A stretch of 64,000 nucleotides of DNA. It comes from Burkholderiaceae bacterium. Its GTDB lineage: Bacteria; Pseudomonadota; Gammaproteobacteria; Burkholderiales; Burkholderiaceae_D. Under the pieces are notes generated by a model. The model had not been told where the DNA came from, searched no databases, and saw only the letters and a program-made list of their open reading frames with translations. Below are positions 8,736 through 17,847 of this stretch, one piece after another. Position 1 is the stretch's first letter, and each line of letters starts with the position of its first letter. Where the stretch lies: the NCBI GenBank assembly GCA_030157545.1, contig JAOAUN010000055.1, positions 31,517 through 95,516 of the forward strand, in the 5' to 3' direction. The position numbers were made by a program, and so were the translations under genes.

Positions 8736-9445
8736 TGCAGTGGCGTCACTTTCTGCTCGCTCAGCGTTTGCAGGTTCAGTCGCAAGATCGCGTCCGGATA
8801 TTTGGCAACTTCGAGTTTTGCTTCCAGCCAGAACAGCCGCTTCGGATAACGTTTTATTTTTTCCAGATACGGCAGTAGCGCCAGGTAATTTCCCTTGATG
8901 ACGATTTCTACGCCGTGCTGATGAATCACTGCCGGCGGTGGCGCTGGCGGCGCCGAACCGGCAATCATCGGCGGCGCAGGTTTCAGTGCAGGTTTGCCAT
9001 CGGCGTCAAGCGGCGCGCGTGGCAGCAGCGGCAGCACCGGCAGAGTCCTTAACGACACCAGCTGCAAGCCGGGCGTGGTGTCGAGCAGCGACTTCAGCAA
9101 GGCTGTCAGTTTGAGCGATGTGCCATCGTCTTCCGACAGCAGGGCATCGGTTTCGGCAATCAGGCGTATCAGTTTGTCGAGTTCGGCTTTTTTTCGAACG
9201 TCACTGTGCTGCGCCAGTTCGGCGGACAGTGCGTCGATCTGATGCCGTGATTTTTCGGTATCTGCCAATAGTGTTTCCATTTTTCCATTCAATTGCCTGA
9301 AGCGTTTTTCCTGTGGCGATAACAGCAAACTATCGATTAAAAAAAATACCAGCACGACAGCAGCGAAGAGCATCAGTACACGTTCGCGCAGCGGTTTCTG
9401 TTCGAACAGAATGGCAAGAGCTTGCAAGGTGTGCTGGTTTTTCAT
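8732..9445 (-). CDS. mshJ: pilus assembly protein, PilO/MshJ-like
   Basis: N-terminal RERVLMLFAAVVLVFFLI TM anchor, a coiled-coil, then a periplasmic domain. Called by gene order within the MSHA-type block. Confidence 0.55.
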   Translation of the reverse strand: MKNQHTLQALAILFEQKPLRERVLMLFAAVVLVFFLIDSLLLSPQEKRFRQLNGKMETLLADTEKSRHQIDALSAELAQHSDVRKKAELDKLIRLIAETDALLSEDDGTSLKLTALLKSLLDTTPGLQLVSLRTLPVLPLLPRAPLDADGKPALKPAPPMIAGSAPPAPPPAVIHQHGVEIVIKGNYLALLPYLEKIKRYPKRLFWLEAKLEVAKYPDAILRLNLQTLSEQKVTPLQ

Positions 9446-9450
9446 TTTTT

Positions 9451-10044
9451 TTAGCGCAGCTTGAAGGCGAAAATCCTGGGTTGCGGCGTTTCTCCAGGCT
9501 GCGCCGGCGGCAATTGCGTGATGTCGACTTCACTGAACAGCGCGTCGAATTTTTCCATGCATGCATTGAGCCGGCGCGCATAGCTCAGCACCATATTTTT
9601 TTGCAGCGCGCGTCCTTCGATCTGAACACTGCGGCCGGCATTGCTGATCATGATCGACGTCAGCCAGACGCCGGGCTGATTAATTTTTGCCAACATCTCG
9701 AGTTGCTCGCCATAGCCGTTGATGCTGCCTAGTTCGCCATTTTTCAGTCGCTCCAGAATATCTTTCGAGACGCGGGTTTGCGGCTCCAGCGCGGCAATCT
9801 GCGCGGCCAGATTGCCCGGCGGCTCACCCAGTTTGCGCTTCAAAGACTGCACAATGGCTTGCTGACCCTGCAAGTGCTGCTCGGTACGTAGCACCATCTG
9901 ATGCAATTGGTCGGCCTGTATTTTTTGCCACTCTCCGTAAGCGAGCATCCACAACAGCCAAACTGACAGCAGCAGCAGTGAGCGCTTTGCAGAAATTGCG
10001 GGTGAGGCTGGCGCGCGCGGCAGCAGGTTGATTTGCTGGCTCAT
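9451..10044 (-). CDS. pilus assembly protein, PilN-like (equivalent to the C-terminal half of MshI)
   Basis: MSQQINLLPR start typical of PilN/fimbrial assembly proteins, a single TM segment, and a coiled-coil. ATGA overlap with the upstream PilM-like gene. Confidence 0.6.
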   Translation of the reverse strand: MSQQINLLPRAPASPAISAKRSLLLLSVWLLWMLAYGEWQKIQADQLHQMVLRTEQHLQGQQAIVQSLKRKLGEPPGNLAAQIAALEPQTRVSKDILERLKNGELGSINGYGEQLEMLAKINQPGVWLTSIMISNAGRSVQIEGRALQKNMVLSYARRLNACMEKFDALFSEVDITQLPPAQPGETPQPRIFAFKLR

Positions 10045-11042
10045 GAAGACTTCTCCATGCCGCGCAATGCCGCACCCAGCACGGCAAAGTAGCGCATGCC
10101 AAAGGCCGGGTCGCGCAATTTCGGCACCAGTGACAGGTCAAATAATGACTCCAGTGACAGCATGTCAACCGGCTCGCTGACAGAAGCAGCGAGCTGCTCG
10201 CAAAAATCGGGCGGCGCGCCGGCCACCAGAATGCGCCCCAGTTGCATGAAAGGCAGGTTGTCGTGCAGGGCATCCACAGAGCGCTGCACCTGCAGCAGAA
10301 TGCGTGCGTAAATTGCGGCGCGCCGGTCCGGATAGTCATCCATGCTGGCGATTGGCTCGGCAATCAGGCGGTCCATGTAAAGCTCGCCATGCCAGGTGAA
10401 CGTGATTTGCACATGACGCACACCAAACGACACCATGCCCAGCACCTCGTCCGGCTGCTCCGCCAGCGCAGCAATATTGCGCTGCGCAGTTTCACGAATA
10501 TCGATAGCCCGCAGCCGCAGCCTTGCCTCGCGAAAGCTGGCGGCGTACTGCTCCATCGTCGCGCTTTTGGCCCCGATGGCATACAGATCTTGTTGCTTGT
10601 CGGGTTGCCAGCTGGCCGTGGGAATGCTCATGTGCTCAACCACCGCTTCTTCGATGGCGAAATCTAGAACCGGCGCCAGTTGCCAGCGCACGCTCTGCGC
10701 CAGCTCGGCTGCCGGCACAGCCGGCTCGGGCAATACTGAAACACGATAGTCGTCGCGCGGCAGCAAGAGCGCATAAGGGTGATTCGGCGTGGCCAGTTGC
10801 GTTGCCATCGCCGTTAATGCGGCCGCTTGTAACGCGGGTTCCTGACTATCCCGTTCCAGCGATGCTACGCCGAGTACCTGCGGCAGATCGCCTTTGCGCT
10901 TGGGCGCTGCAACAGCGGCACCCAGCAAATGATGCTCGCCAACCGAGATGGCACACCAGCCTTGCGGCGTGCGCAGCCTGCTCAGTTGCAGGCGCTTCCT
11001 GAATGCCGTGATGGTCTCGCGCGCTAAAGTCGGCCAGTTCAT
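10041..11042 (-). CDS. mshI: pilus assembly protein, PilM-like (equivalent to the N-terminal half of MshI)
   Basis: Actin-like ATPase-fold-sized protein immediately upstream of the PilN-like gene. Start set at ATG 11042 (MNWPTLARE...), which forms an ATGA overlap with the upstream gene. The track start at 11057 is a GTG. Confidence 0.55.
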   Translation of the reverse strand: MNWPTLARETITAFRKRLQLSRLRTPQGWCAISVGEHHLLGAAVAAPKRKGDLPQVLGVASLERDSQEPALQAAALTAMATQLATPNHPYALLLPRDDYRVSVLPEPAVPAAELAQSVRWQLAPVLDFAIEEAVVEHMSIPTASWQPDKQQDLYAIGAKSATMEQYAASFREARLRLRAIDIRETAQRNIAALAEQPDEVLGMVSFGVRHVQITFTWHGELYMDRLIAEPIASMDDYPDRRAAIYARILLQVQRSVDALHDNLPFMQLGRILVAGAPPDFCEQLAASVSEPVDMLSLESLFDLSLVPKLRDPAFGMRYFAVLGAALRGMEKSS

Positions 11043-12286
11043 CAGTAGGGCTCCCACCAGTTATACGGCTGCATAAAGCTGACCAATCCGCGCGGGGTGG
11101 CAGGGTCGACATTTTTCAGGCACGCAAAGCCGGCTGCCCACTGATCGGTAGTGACGCCACTTTTAGTGATGTGAAAATCGGTCGGCACGCCGCTGGCAAA
11201 CAGGCTGTCGATGCCGCCGGAGGAGGCAGGCTTGTAGGCGTACCAGACCTCGGAATACATATCGGTATAAATCGAGGTATAGCGCTCCAGTAGCACCAGC
11301 GGCATGTTGACTGCGCCAAAGGTCACCGAGGTCAGCGTGTCATTGGTATTGAAAGACTTGGCCGAGAACCCGAATACGAGCGTGTCGGCGCCCTTGCACC
11401 AGCCGGCCGTACCTGTGGCGCTGGTGCCACTGCTGCGGCCATCGGTGACCTGGCCCATCACGATATTGGAAGTGCCGGTCGTACCCTTGTTGGAGGCGGA
11501 ACTGCCGTCGGCATAGGCGCCCAGATAGGTCACGCCTGTACCTTCAAAAATAGCGCCGACAGCGACATAGTTACGGTCGGCTTCAAGATTCTGGTTAACG
11601 TAATAGTCGCCGATGGAGGTCGTGGTGGCGATCGTGCCGCGTCCGCCTACGCTGTTGAGGCCCGAGCTCGATTCAATATTCCATCCCTGCGTGCAGGTGC
11701 CGGCATAGGTGCCGGTCTGGTTGCAGGTAGTGGCAGAGGCGTTGGGTCCGCCTGAATCGAGCTTGCGACGGAATGCCAGGTTGCTGACGACGACGGAGTT
11801 GGCCTGATAGGGGGTAATTTTTTGCGTGATGTTGCTGGTGTAGCCACCGAAGCCGGAGCTGCCAGCCTCCGTCGGCGAGCAGTAGGCAACATCGAGACTG
11901 ACAGTGCGCGCCGTCGCGCCGACGTTGGCTTGTGTCTGGATGCGGCAGCCTTTGCTGGTCAGCAGGCCGTTGCAGCTGGAAGCCACTGCCATCGAGCTGA
12001 TCTGGCTGGCGACAAGGCTGTAGCTGCCAGCACCGAGCGCGCCGGAAGGCTGCGCGCTGTTGGTGCAGGACAGCGGGCCGGCATTGCGCATTTTAGCCAG
12101 TGCGATTTCAACACCGCTGTCAGCCAGCATCAGTGCCTGCAGGCTTTGAGCGTGGATGACAGCGGCATAATTATTTGCTTCTGCTGCCGACAATAAAAAT
12201 CGCATCGACGTTGCCACCACGACTAGCAGCAGCAAGATCGCCAGATAGGTAAATGCGCCGCGCTGGCGTTGCATGGCGGCGTTCAT
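11042..12286 (-). CDS. large PilX_N/MshP-like pseudopilin, candidate pilus-tip adhesin
   Basis: N-terminus MNAAMQRQRGAFTYLAILLLLVVVATSMRF...LMLADSGVEIALAKM is the PilX N-terminal type and has no Glu5. The C-terminal ~300 aa is rich in Gly/Ser/Thr. Start set at ATG 12286 (ATGA overlap with the upstream stop). Confidence 0.55.
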   Translation of the reverse strand: MNAAMQRQRGAFTYLAILLLLVVVATSMRFLLSAAEANNYAAVIHAQSLQALMLADSGVEIALAKMRNAGPLSCTNSAQPSGALGAGSYSLVASQISSMAVASSCNGLLTSKGCRIQTQANVGATARTVSLDVAYCSPTEAGSSGFGGYTSNITQKITPYQANSVVVSNLAFRRKLDSGGPNASATTCNQTGTYAGTCTQGWNIESSSGLNSVGGRGTIATTTSIGDYYVNQNLEADRNYVAVGAIFEGTGVTYLGAYADGSSASNKGTTGTSNIVMGQVTDGRSSGTSATGTAGWCKGADTLVFGFSAKSFNTNDTLTSVTFGAVNMPLVLLERYTSIYTDMYSEVWYAYKPASSGGIDSLFASGVPTDFHITKSGVTTDQWAAGFACLKNVDPATPRGLVSFMQPYNWWEPY

Positions 12287-12918
12287 TTTGCAGCTCCCCA
12301 TGCGCCATTGCGCAAGACCACGCGCGTGCGCAACGATACGGGCGTCACGCCGGAATTGCCGGCCGGCGTGATCGTTAGTGTGATGTCAATGAAGTTCAGC
12401 AATCGGCCGAAGTTGGCGTCGCCTACCGTCAGGGCAACCGGTGTGGCGGTGCTGCCAAAAGACCAGTAGGTAAATTGCAGGTTGGCGACTTTGTCGCTCA
12501 GCGTGTTGGGTAAGACTGCGCTGCAGCCAGGGTAGCTGGTTGACTGGTCCAGCGTGGCCAGCGTGCCGCTCTTGCGTAGTGCAATGCTGGCCACGCTGGT
12601 GCCTGTGGTGCCGCCGGAGCGCTTGAAGCAGATGCCGTTGCTGCTGCTAGCGCTGCTGCTGGTGTAGTCCAGCGCCTTGAGCTGGAAGCCGCTGCCGGCG
12701 GCATCGAACTGGGTCTGGCGCAATTCGCGCACGATGCGTTCGGTTGCATAACGCAGGCTATCCACCGCATCAAGATTGTTTGCCACGCGAGCGCGCGCCG
12801 TAAATGCCTGTATCAAAGGCTGCACCGAAGCCGCCGCCAGTATGCCGGTCAGGACGATCACGATCACCACTTCGATGAGCGTAAAGCCGCGGATGGCAGT
12901 CATGGCGTCGGGACGCAT
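12283..12918 (-). CDS. minor pilin with prepilin-type N-terminal cleavage/methylation motif (MshO-like)
   Basis: ...AIRG|FTLIEVVIVIVLTGILAAA class III signal with Glu5. Confidence 0.7.
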   Translation of the reverse strand: MRPDAMTAIRGFTLIEVVIVIVLTGILAAASVQPLIQAFTARARVANNLDAVDSLRYATERIVRELRQTQFDAAGSGFQLKALDYTSSSASSSNGICFKRSGGTTGTSVASIALRKSGTLATLDQSTSYPGCSAVLPNTLSDKVANLQFTYWSFGSTATPVALTVGDANFGRLLNFIDITLTITPAGNSGVTPVSLRTRVVLRNGAWGAAK

Positions 12919-12919
12919 A

Positions 12920-13360
12920 TCAGCTATTTGCCAGCAACAGCGTGACCGTTGCCACGGTGCGGCCGCTACGGGTCATGGTGACGAGCACCTGCTTGCAGCC
13001 AGATGCCGGAACCGGACAAAGGGGACTGGAAGACGCACTGGTGATTTGTACGCTGCGCATCAGCGCGGTACCAGTTAGCGGATTTTCCATCGGATAGGCG
13101 CAACTGGCTGACACGGTAGCGCAGCTGGCGCTTTGCAATGGTACGTAGGCATAGCCGCGGTTTGGATTGCGCCGGTCCGCCAGCACCATTTCTGCACGCT
13201 CCTGCGCGTACTGCATGGCGCGCGATGACGCATCGATATCGGCGACTCGTTGCGCGGCTTCACGCGATACCGACAAGAGTGAAACGACGGCACCAAAAAA
13301 AACCACCATCAAGATGACCATCTCGATCAGGGTAAAGCCGCGCATGGTGTGCGTTTTCAT
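12920..13360 (-). CDS. minor pilin with prepilin-type N-terminal motif (MshD-like)
   Basis: MKTHTMRG|FTLIEMVILMVV with Glu5. ATGA overlap with the upstream gene. Confidence 0.7.
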   Translation of the reverse strand: MKTHTMRGFTLIEMVILMVVFFGAVVSLLSVSREAAQRVADIDASSRAMQYAQERAEMVLADRRNPNRGYAYVPLQSASCATVSASCAYPMENPLTGTALMRSVQITSASSSPLCPVPASGCKQVLVTMTRSGRTVATVTLLLANS

Positions 13361-13893
13361 TGATATACCGCAGTACTGACAAAGCCGGTGCCGGCCGCTA
13401 CGGTGACCGTGGCCATTAGTGTGCTGCCAACGAAAATTTGGTAAGTGGAACTGGCAGTCGCAAGCGGACGTCCGAGCAAGTCGAATTCAATTTCGGCAGG
13501 GCCGCTGAGTGAGACGCCGCTCTCGAGCGCAATGCAGAAAGGACCGTTATGCCCATGGTCGATGATGACTGCAGTGGGGTTCGGACAACTGGCGGCAGCC
13601 GGTGTGGCATTGCTGCATGCGGCGGGTGTGGAACAGGTGACGCGGTAACTTGCAGAGTCGGACTGGAATTTCAACGCCTTGCCCCATGAGAGTGCCAGCA
13701 TGCGGGTATGGCGCAAATTGTCAGCCAGTTTCAGGGCTTGGTAGCCGGCGGTGCTCTTGCCTGCACTGGGCATCATTTTCGGAATGACGTAGGCAGCGAG
13801 AATGCCGACCATGGACAGCACAATGATCAGTTGCATCAGTGTGAAGCCACTGTTGCCGTGGACTCGCTGGAATGCGGTGTCCCTGATGATCAT
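13357..13893 (-). CDS. minor pilin lacking Glu5 (MshC-like position)
   Basis: ...HGNSG|FTLMQLIIVLSMVGILAAYVIP has Gln at +5. Start ambiguous: ATG 13893 (MIIRDT...) is chosen over the TTG at 13920 used by the track. Confidence 0.6.
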   Translation of the reverse strand: MIIRDTAFQRVHGNSGFTLMQLIIVLSMVGILAAYVIPKMMPSAGKSTAGYQALKLADNLRHTRMLALSWGKALKFQSDSASYRVTCSTPAACSNATPAAASCPNPTAVIIDHGHNGPFCIALESGVSLSGPAEIEFDLLGRPLATASSTYQIFVGSTLMATVTVAAGTGFVSTAVYQ

Positions 13894-13942
13894 GAGTTTG
13901 TTCCATGGCCGGTGTTTCAATAGTTATCTGTAATGCTCGTAC

Positions 13943-14401
13943 TTAGCAACCAGTCAATGTAGTGGTGTAGTCAGGTGGCGTGGTCGCAGTTGCCGCGGTA
14001 TAGACCACCTTGCAGCTTGCCGGCGTGGTGGCGCCTGCATGCGAGACCGTGTTGGCTGTGGTGGTGGTGAAGTCCGAAGCCGGTGACAGGGTCACGCATT
14101 TGAGCAATTCGGTCGAATCAGCTGCATACCCATAGACTGTGCCAACGGTCGCATTGCAGGCCGAGACAGAACCGGTAGCACCACCCTGATTGGCGATCTG
14201 CGCTGCGGAATAAACGGCGGTATTGGCCGAGGCAAGACTGCCGGTCACGCCCTTGATGGTGGCAGCGCGTGCGTTGCCTGCCAGGTCAGTCATTTTTGGT
14301 AGTGCAATGGCTGCCAATATACCGATGATGACGATTACGATCACCAGCTCGATGAGCGTGAAGCCTTGATGTTTGTGCATGATGTGCAGTCGGGTGTTCA
14401 T
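13943..14401 (-). CDS. mshA: major type IV pilin (MshA-like)
   Basis: MNTRLHIMHKHQG|FTLIELVIVIVIIGILAAIALPK, 152 aa, first gene of the block. A strong AAGGAG lies 8 nt upstream of ATG 14401. Confidence 0.8.
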   Translation of the reverse strand: MNTRLHIMHKHQGFTLIELVIVIVIIGILAAIALPKMTDLAGNARAATIKGVTGSLASANTAVYSAAQIANQGGATGSVSACNATVGTVYGYAADSTELLKCVTLSPASDFTTTTANTVSHAGATTPASCKVVYTAATATTPPDYTTTLTGC

Positions 14402-14693
14402 GAAATGGCTCCTTGAAATAATTGCAAACTTGCGGGCAGCGTGGTCAACCCGACTGATATTTTTGAAGTCAGGCGGCGTGCCTTAACAGGGCGGGCGTAG
14501 CGATGTTTAAAAACCGCTGCTCGCCTTTCCGTATGACATAAGTTAATCCTGAGTGAGACTACTTAGTCAGTAGAAAAGAGGGGGAAAAGCAGTGTTGTTC
14601 GGGTACTTGAGGAATAGAAGTTGTTGCGATCTATGGCGAGAATTTTTTCCAGGGGGCGGAACGAAAGCGGTTGTAGCCGATTAGAATTGAACG

Positions 14694-15830
14694 CTAAATA
14701 ATATCGAGCCCAGCCGTGCCAGCAGCCAGATCACGGCTTTTCGATTCTTTGCCGTAGAGCTTCAATGCCAGCCGCAAGTCGTTCACGGAATCGGCATTGC
14801 GCAGCGCGTCTTCCATGGATATCTTGCCAGCCTCGACCAGGTCAAACAGCGCCTGATCGAAGGTCTGCATGCCAAGTTCGCGCGACTTTTTCATGATCTC
14901 CTTGATCTGGTGCACATCGCCTTTGAAGATCAGATCTGAAATGAGCGGAGAATTGAGCATGATCTCGACCGCGGCACAGCGTCCGTTACCCTCTTTCAGC
15001 GGGATCAGCCTTTGCGAAATCATGCCTTTCAGGTTCAGCGATAAATCCATCAGCAATTGCTGGCGCCGTTCTTCCGGAAAAAAATTCACGATCCTGTCCA
15101 GCGCCTGATTGCTATTGTTTGCATGCAGTGTGGCCAGACAGAGGTGGCCGGTTTCGGCAAAGGCAATTGCATGGTCCATTGTTTCACGGTCGCGGATTTC
15201 ACCGATCAGAATCACGTCCGGTGCTTGTCGCAAGGTGTTCTTGAGTGCGGTATGCCAGTCGGCGGTATCAGTGCCGATTTCGCGCTGTGTGATGATGCAA
15301 TTGATGTGCGGATGCACATACTCGATTGGATCTTCGATGGTAATGATGTGGCCGTGGCTGTTCGCATTGCGGTGCCCGATCATGGCCGCCAGCGTGGTCG
15401 ATTTGCCGGAGCCGGTTGCGCCTACCATGATCACTAAACCGCGCTTGGACATCACGACTTCTTTCAACACCTGCGGTACGTGCAATGCATCGAGTTCGGG
15501 AATATCGGTAGTAATGGTGCGCAGTACCATGCCGGCTTTTGCCTGCTGCACGAAAGCTGATACGCGGAAGCGGCCGATGTCGTCGGGGCTGATCGCGAAA
15601 TTGCATTCTTTCGAAATGTCGAATTCTACGCGCTGGCGTTCGTTCATGACTGCCTGCACCAGTGCTGCCGCATCGTCGGGCGACAGCGGTTGTGTTGATA
15701 CCGGCATCAGCTTGCCGCTGAATTTGATGGCAGGCGCAAAGCCGCTGGTGATGAACAGGTCGGAGCCGCCCTTGCTTTTCATCAGCCGCAAAAGCTCATG
15801 CATGAGTTTTTTTGCGCTGTCGGATTCCAT
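14694..15830 (-). CDS. pilU: PilT-family retraction ATPase PilU
   Basis: Walker A GATGSGKST, plus the ITIEDPIE and ILIGEIRD boxes. 378 aa, second of a pilT-pilU pair. Confidence 0.85.
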   Translation of the reverse strand: MESDSAKKLMHELLRLMKSKGGSDLFITSGFAPAIKFSGKLMPVSTQPLSPDDAAALVQAVMNERQRVEFDISKECNFAISPDDIGRFRVSAFVQQAKAGMVLRTITTDIPELDALHVPQVLKEVVMSKRGLVIMVGATGSGKSTTLAAMIGHRNANSHGHIITIEDPIEYVHPHINCIITQREIGTDTADWHTALKNTLRQAPDVILIGEIRDRETMDHAIAFAETGHLCLATLHANNSNQALDRIVNFFPEERRQQLLMDLSLNLKGMISQRLIPLKEGNGRCAAVEIMLNSPLISDLIFKGDVHQIKEIMKKSRELGMQTFDQALFDLVEAGKISMEDALRNADSVNDLRLALKLYGKESKSRDLAAGTAGLDII

Positions 15831-15833
15831 TTG

Positions 15834-16877
15834 TCAGCCCGCGAAGTTTTCAGGGGTCTTGGCAGCGCTGCGTGCCGTAGCCATGGAAATCTGGTTGCGC
15901 TTGACCAGATCCATCAGGCTTGCGTCCAGCGTCTGCATGCCGAAGCTGGCGCCGGTTTGTATGGCCGAATACATTTGCGCGACCTTCGCTTCGCGAATCA
16001 GGTTGCGTATCGCCGGTGTGCCCAGCATGATTTCGTGCGCGGCAACGCGGCCACTGCCGTCCTTGGTTTTCAGCAGCGTCTGCGAGATCACCGCCTGCAA
16101 TGATTCGGACAGCATCGCGCGCACCATTTCTTTTTCATCGCCGGGAAAGACATCGACAATCCGGTCTACCGTCTTGGCGGCCGATACCGTATGCAGTGTG
16201 CCAAACACGAGATGTCCGGTTTCTGCTGCCGACAAAGCCAACCGGATGGTTTCGAGGTCGCGCAATTCGCCGACCAGAATGACGTCCGGGTCTTCGCGCA
16301 GTGCCGAACGCAAGGCGGCAGAAAACGAATGCGTATGCGAGCCCACTTCACGCTGGTTGATCAGTCCTTTTTTCGATTCATGCACGAACTCGATCGGGTC
16401 TTCCACCGTCAGGATATGCGCGTATTCATTTTCATTGACATGATTGACCATCGCCGCCAGCGTGGTGGATTTGCCCGATCCTGTCGGGCCCGTCACCAGC
16501 ACCATGCCGCGCGGTTTCATCGCCAGGTCGGCAAAGATTTTGGGTGCATTCAGGTCTTCCAGAGTCAGGATTTTTGACGGGATGGTGCGCAGTACTGCTG
16601 CCGCACCTCGATCCTGGTTGAAGGCATTGACGCGGAAGCGCGCCAGGCCCGGAATCTCGAACGAAAAATCGACTTCAAGATGTTCTTCATACGTCTTGCG
16701 CAGCGCGTCGTTCATGACTTCATAAATCATGCCGTGCACGTCTTTGTGTTCCATCGCAGGCAAATTGATGCGCCGCACATCGCCGTTGACGCGAATCATG
16801 GGTGGCAAGCCAGCCGACAGATGCAGGTCGGAGGCCTTGTTCTTGACGGAGAAGGAAAGCAATTCGGTAAGGTCCAT
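15834..16877 (-). CDS. pilT: twitching-motility retraction ATPase PilT
   Basis: MDLTELLSFSVKNKASDLHLSAGLPPMIRVNGD..., GPTGSGKSTT, ILVGELRD and the AIRNLIRE motif. Confidence 0.9.
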   Translation of the reverse strand: MDLTELLSFSVKNKASDLHLSAGLPPMIRVNGDVRRINLPAMEHKDVHGMIYEVMNDALRKTYEEHLEVDFSFEIPGLARFRVNAFNQDRGAAAVLRTIPSKILTLEDLNAPKIFADLAMKPRGMVLVTGPTGSGKSTTLAAMVNHVNENEYAHILTVEDPIEFVHESKKGLINQREVGSHTHSFSAALRSALREDPDVILVGELRDLETIRLALSAAETGHLVFGTLHTVSAAKTVDRIVDVFPGDEKEMVRAMLSESLQAVISQTLLKTKDGSGRVAAHEIMLGTPAIRNLIREAKVAQMYSAIQTGASFGMQTLDASLMDLVKRNQISMATARSAAKTPENFAG

Positions 16878-16979
16878 GGTCTGTCATTCTGACCTGAACG
16901 GAATGGCACTTACAAGAAGAACAGAGGGGAATTTACCGCGCTGTTGTGAAGATGCGGCAGAGCCGGCGAGCGCAGTTCG

Positions 16980-17843
16980 TTAGCCGAGAACGATGCCCGC
17001 AAACACCGCTGCACCCAACCAATTGTTATGACGAAAGGCGGCGAAGCAGGCCATCCGTTCGCGATGGCGAATCAGCGTCCAGTGGTAGAACGCGATGCCG
17101 GCGGCAATTACCAAGCCGGCATAAAAACCTGCGCCCAGCCCGAGCTGCCAGCCTGTGACCGCGATCAGCCCCAGACTGATCGTGTAGCAAAACATCACGG
17201 CCAGCACATCAAAGCGACCAAAGGTGATGGCCGAAGTGCGGATACCGATTTTCAAATCATCTTCGCGGTCCACCATCGCATATTCAGTGTCGTAGGCAAG
17301 CGCCCAAAATACATTGGCAAGCAACAGCACCCATGCTTGCGGCGGCACTTGCCCCATGACCGCTGCATACGCCATCGGAATACCGAAGCCGAAGGCAATC
17401 CCCAGATAAGCCTGCGGCAAGGCGAAAAACCGTTTGAAGTAAGGATAGCTGCCGGCAATCAGGACCGCGGCCACGGAGAGTTGTTTTGTCAGTGTGTTGA
17501 GCGGCTGTATCAGCAGCAAAGCCAGCACAGCCAGTAGCGCGGCGACTGCCAGCGCCTCCCAGGGCGCGAGCTGGCCGCTGGTCAGCGGTCGCTGCGCAGT
17601 GCGTTCTACATGCTTGTCGAAATCGCGGTCGGCGTAATCATTGATGGCGCAACCGGCCGAGCGCATCAGCACAGTGCCTATTGAAAAAATGCCGACCAGT
17701 TGCCAGTCGGGATGGCCGCCGCTGGCCAGCCATAGTGCCGACAAGGTGGGCCATAACAGGAGCAGGCTGCCGATCGGTTTGTCCAGCCTTAGCAGCTGCG
17801 CATACAGCCGCAGACGATGGCGCAGAAGGGTGGCAAACCTCAT
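16980..17843 (-). CDS. ubiA: 4-hydroxybenzoate octaprenyltransferase
   Basis: UbiA prenyltransferase motifs NDYADRDFD and [13 protein letters not shown], with multiple TM helices. Confidence 0.9.
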   Translation of the reverse strand: MRFATLLRHRLRLYAQLLRLDKPIGSLLLLWPTLSALWLASGGHPDWQLVGIFSIGTVLMRSAGCAINDYADRDFDKHVERTAQRPLTSGQLAPWEALAVAALLAVLALLLIQPLNTLTKQLSVAAVLIAGSYPYFKRFFALPQAYLGIAFGFGIPMAYAAVMGQVPPQAWVLLLANVFWALAYDTEYAMVDREDDLKIGIRTSAITFGRFDVLAVMFCYTISLGLIAVTGWQLGLGAGFYAGLVIAAGIAFYHWTLIRHRERMACFAAFRHNNWLGAAVFAGIVLG

Positions 17844-17847
17844 TTAA

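Noticed and set aside
14423-14438. Sigma-54-type promoter upstream of the major pilin (minus strand TGCCCG-CAAGT-TTGCA)
   Set aside because: The -12 TTGCA and the spacing fit, but the invariant -24 GG is GC here. The element would also leave only a ~15-nt leader. This is not convincing without an experimental transcription start or a PWM score.
15109-16443. 444-aa plus-strand ORF in the supplied track
   Set aside because: It is antisense to pilU and pilT, whose minus-strand translations carry full Walker/Asp/His-box motifs. Its own translation is Ser/Cys/Arg-rich low complexity, typical of shadow ORFs in GC-rich DNA.
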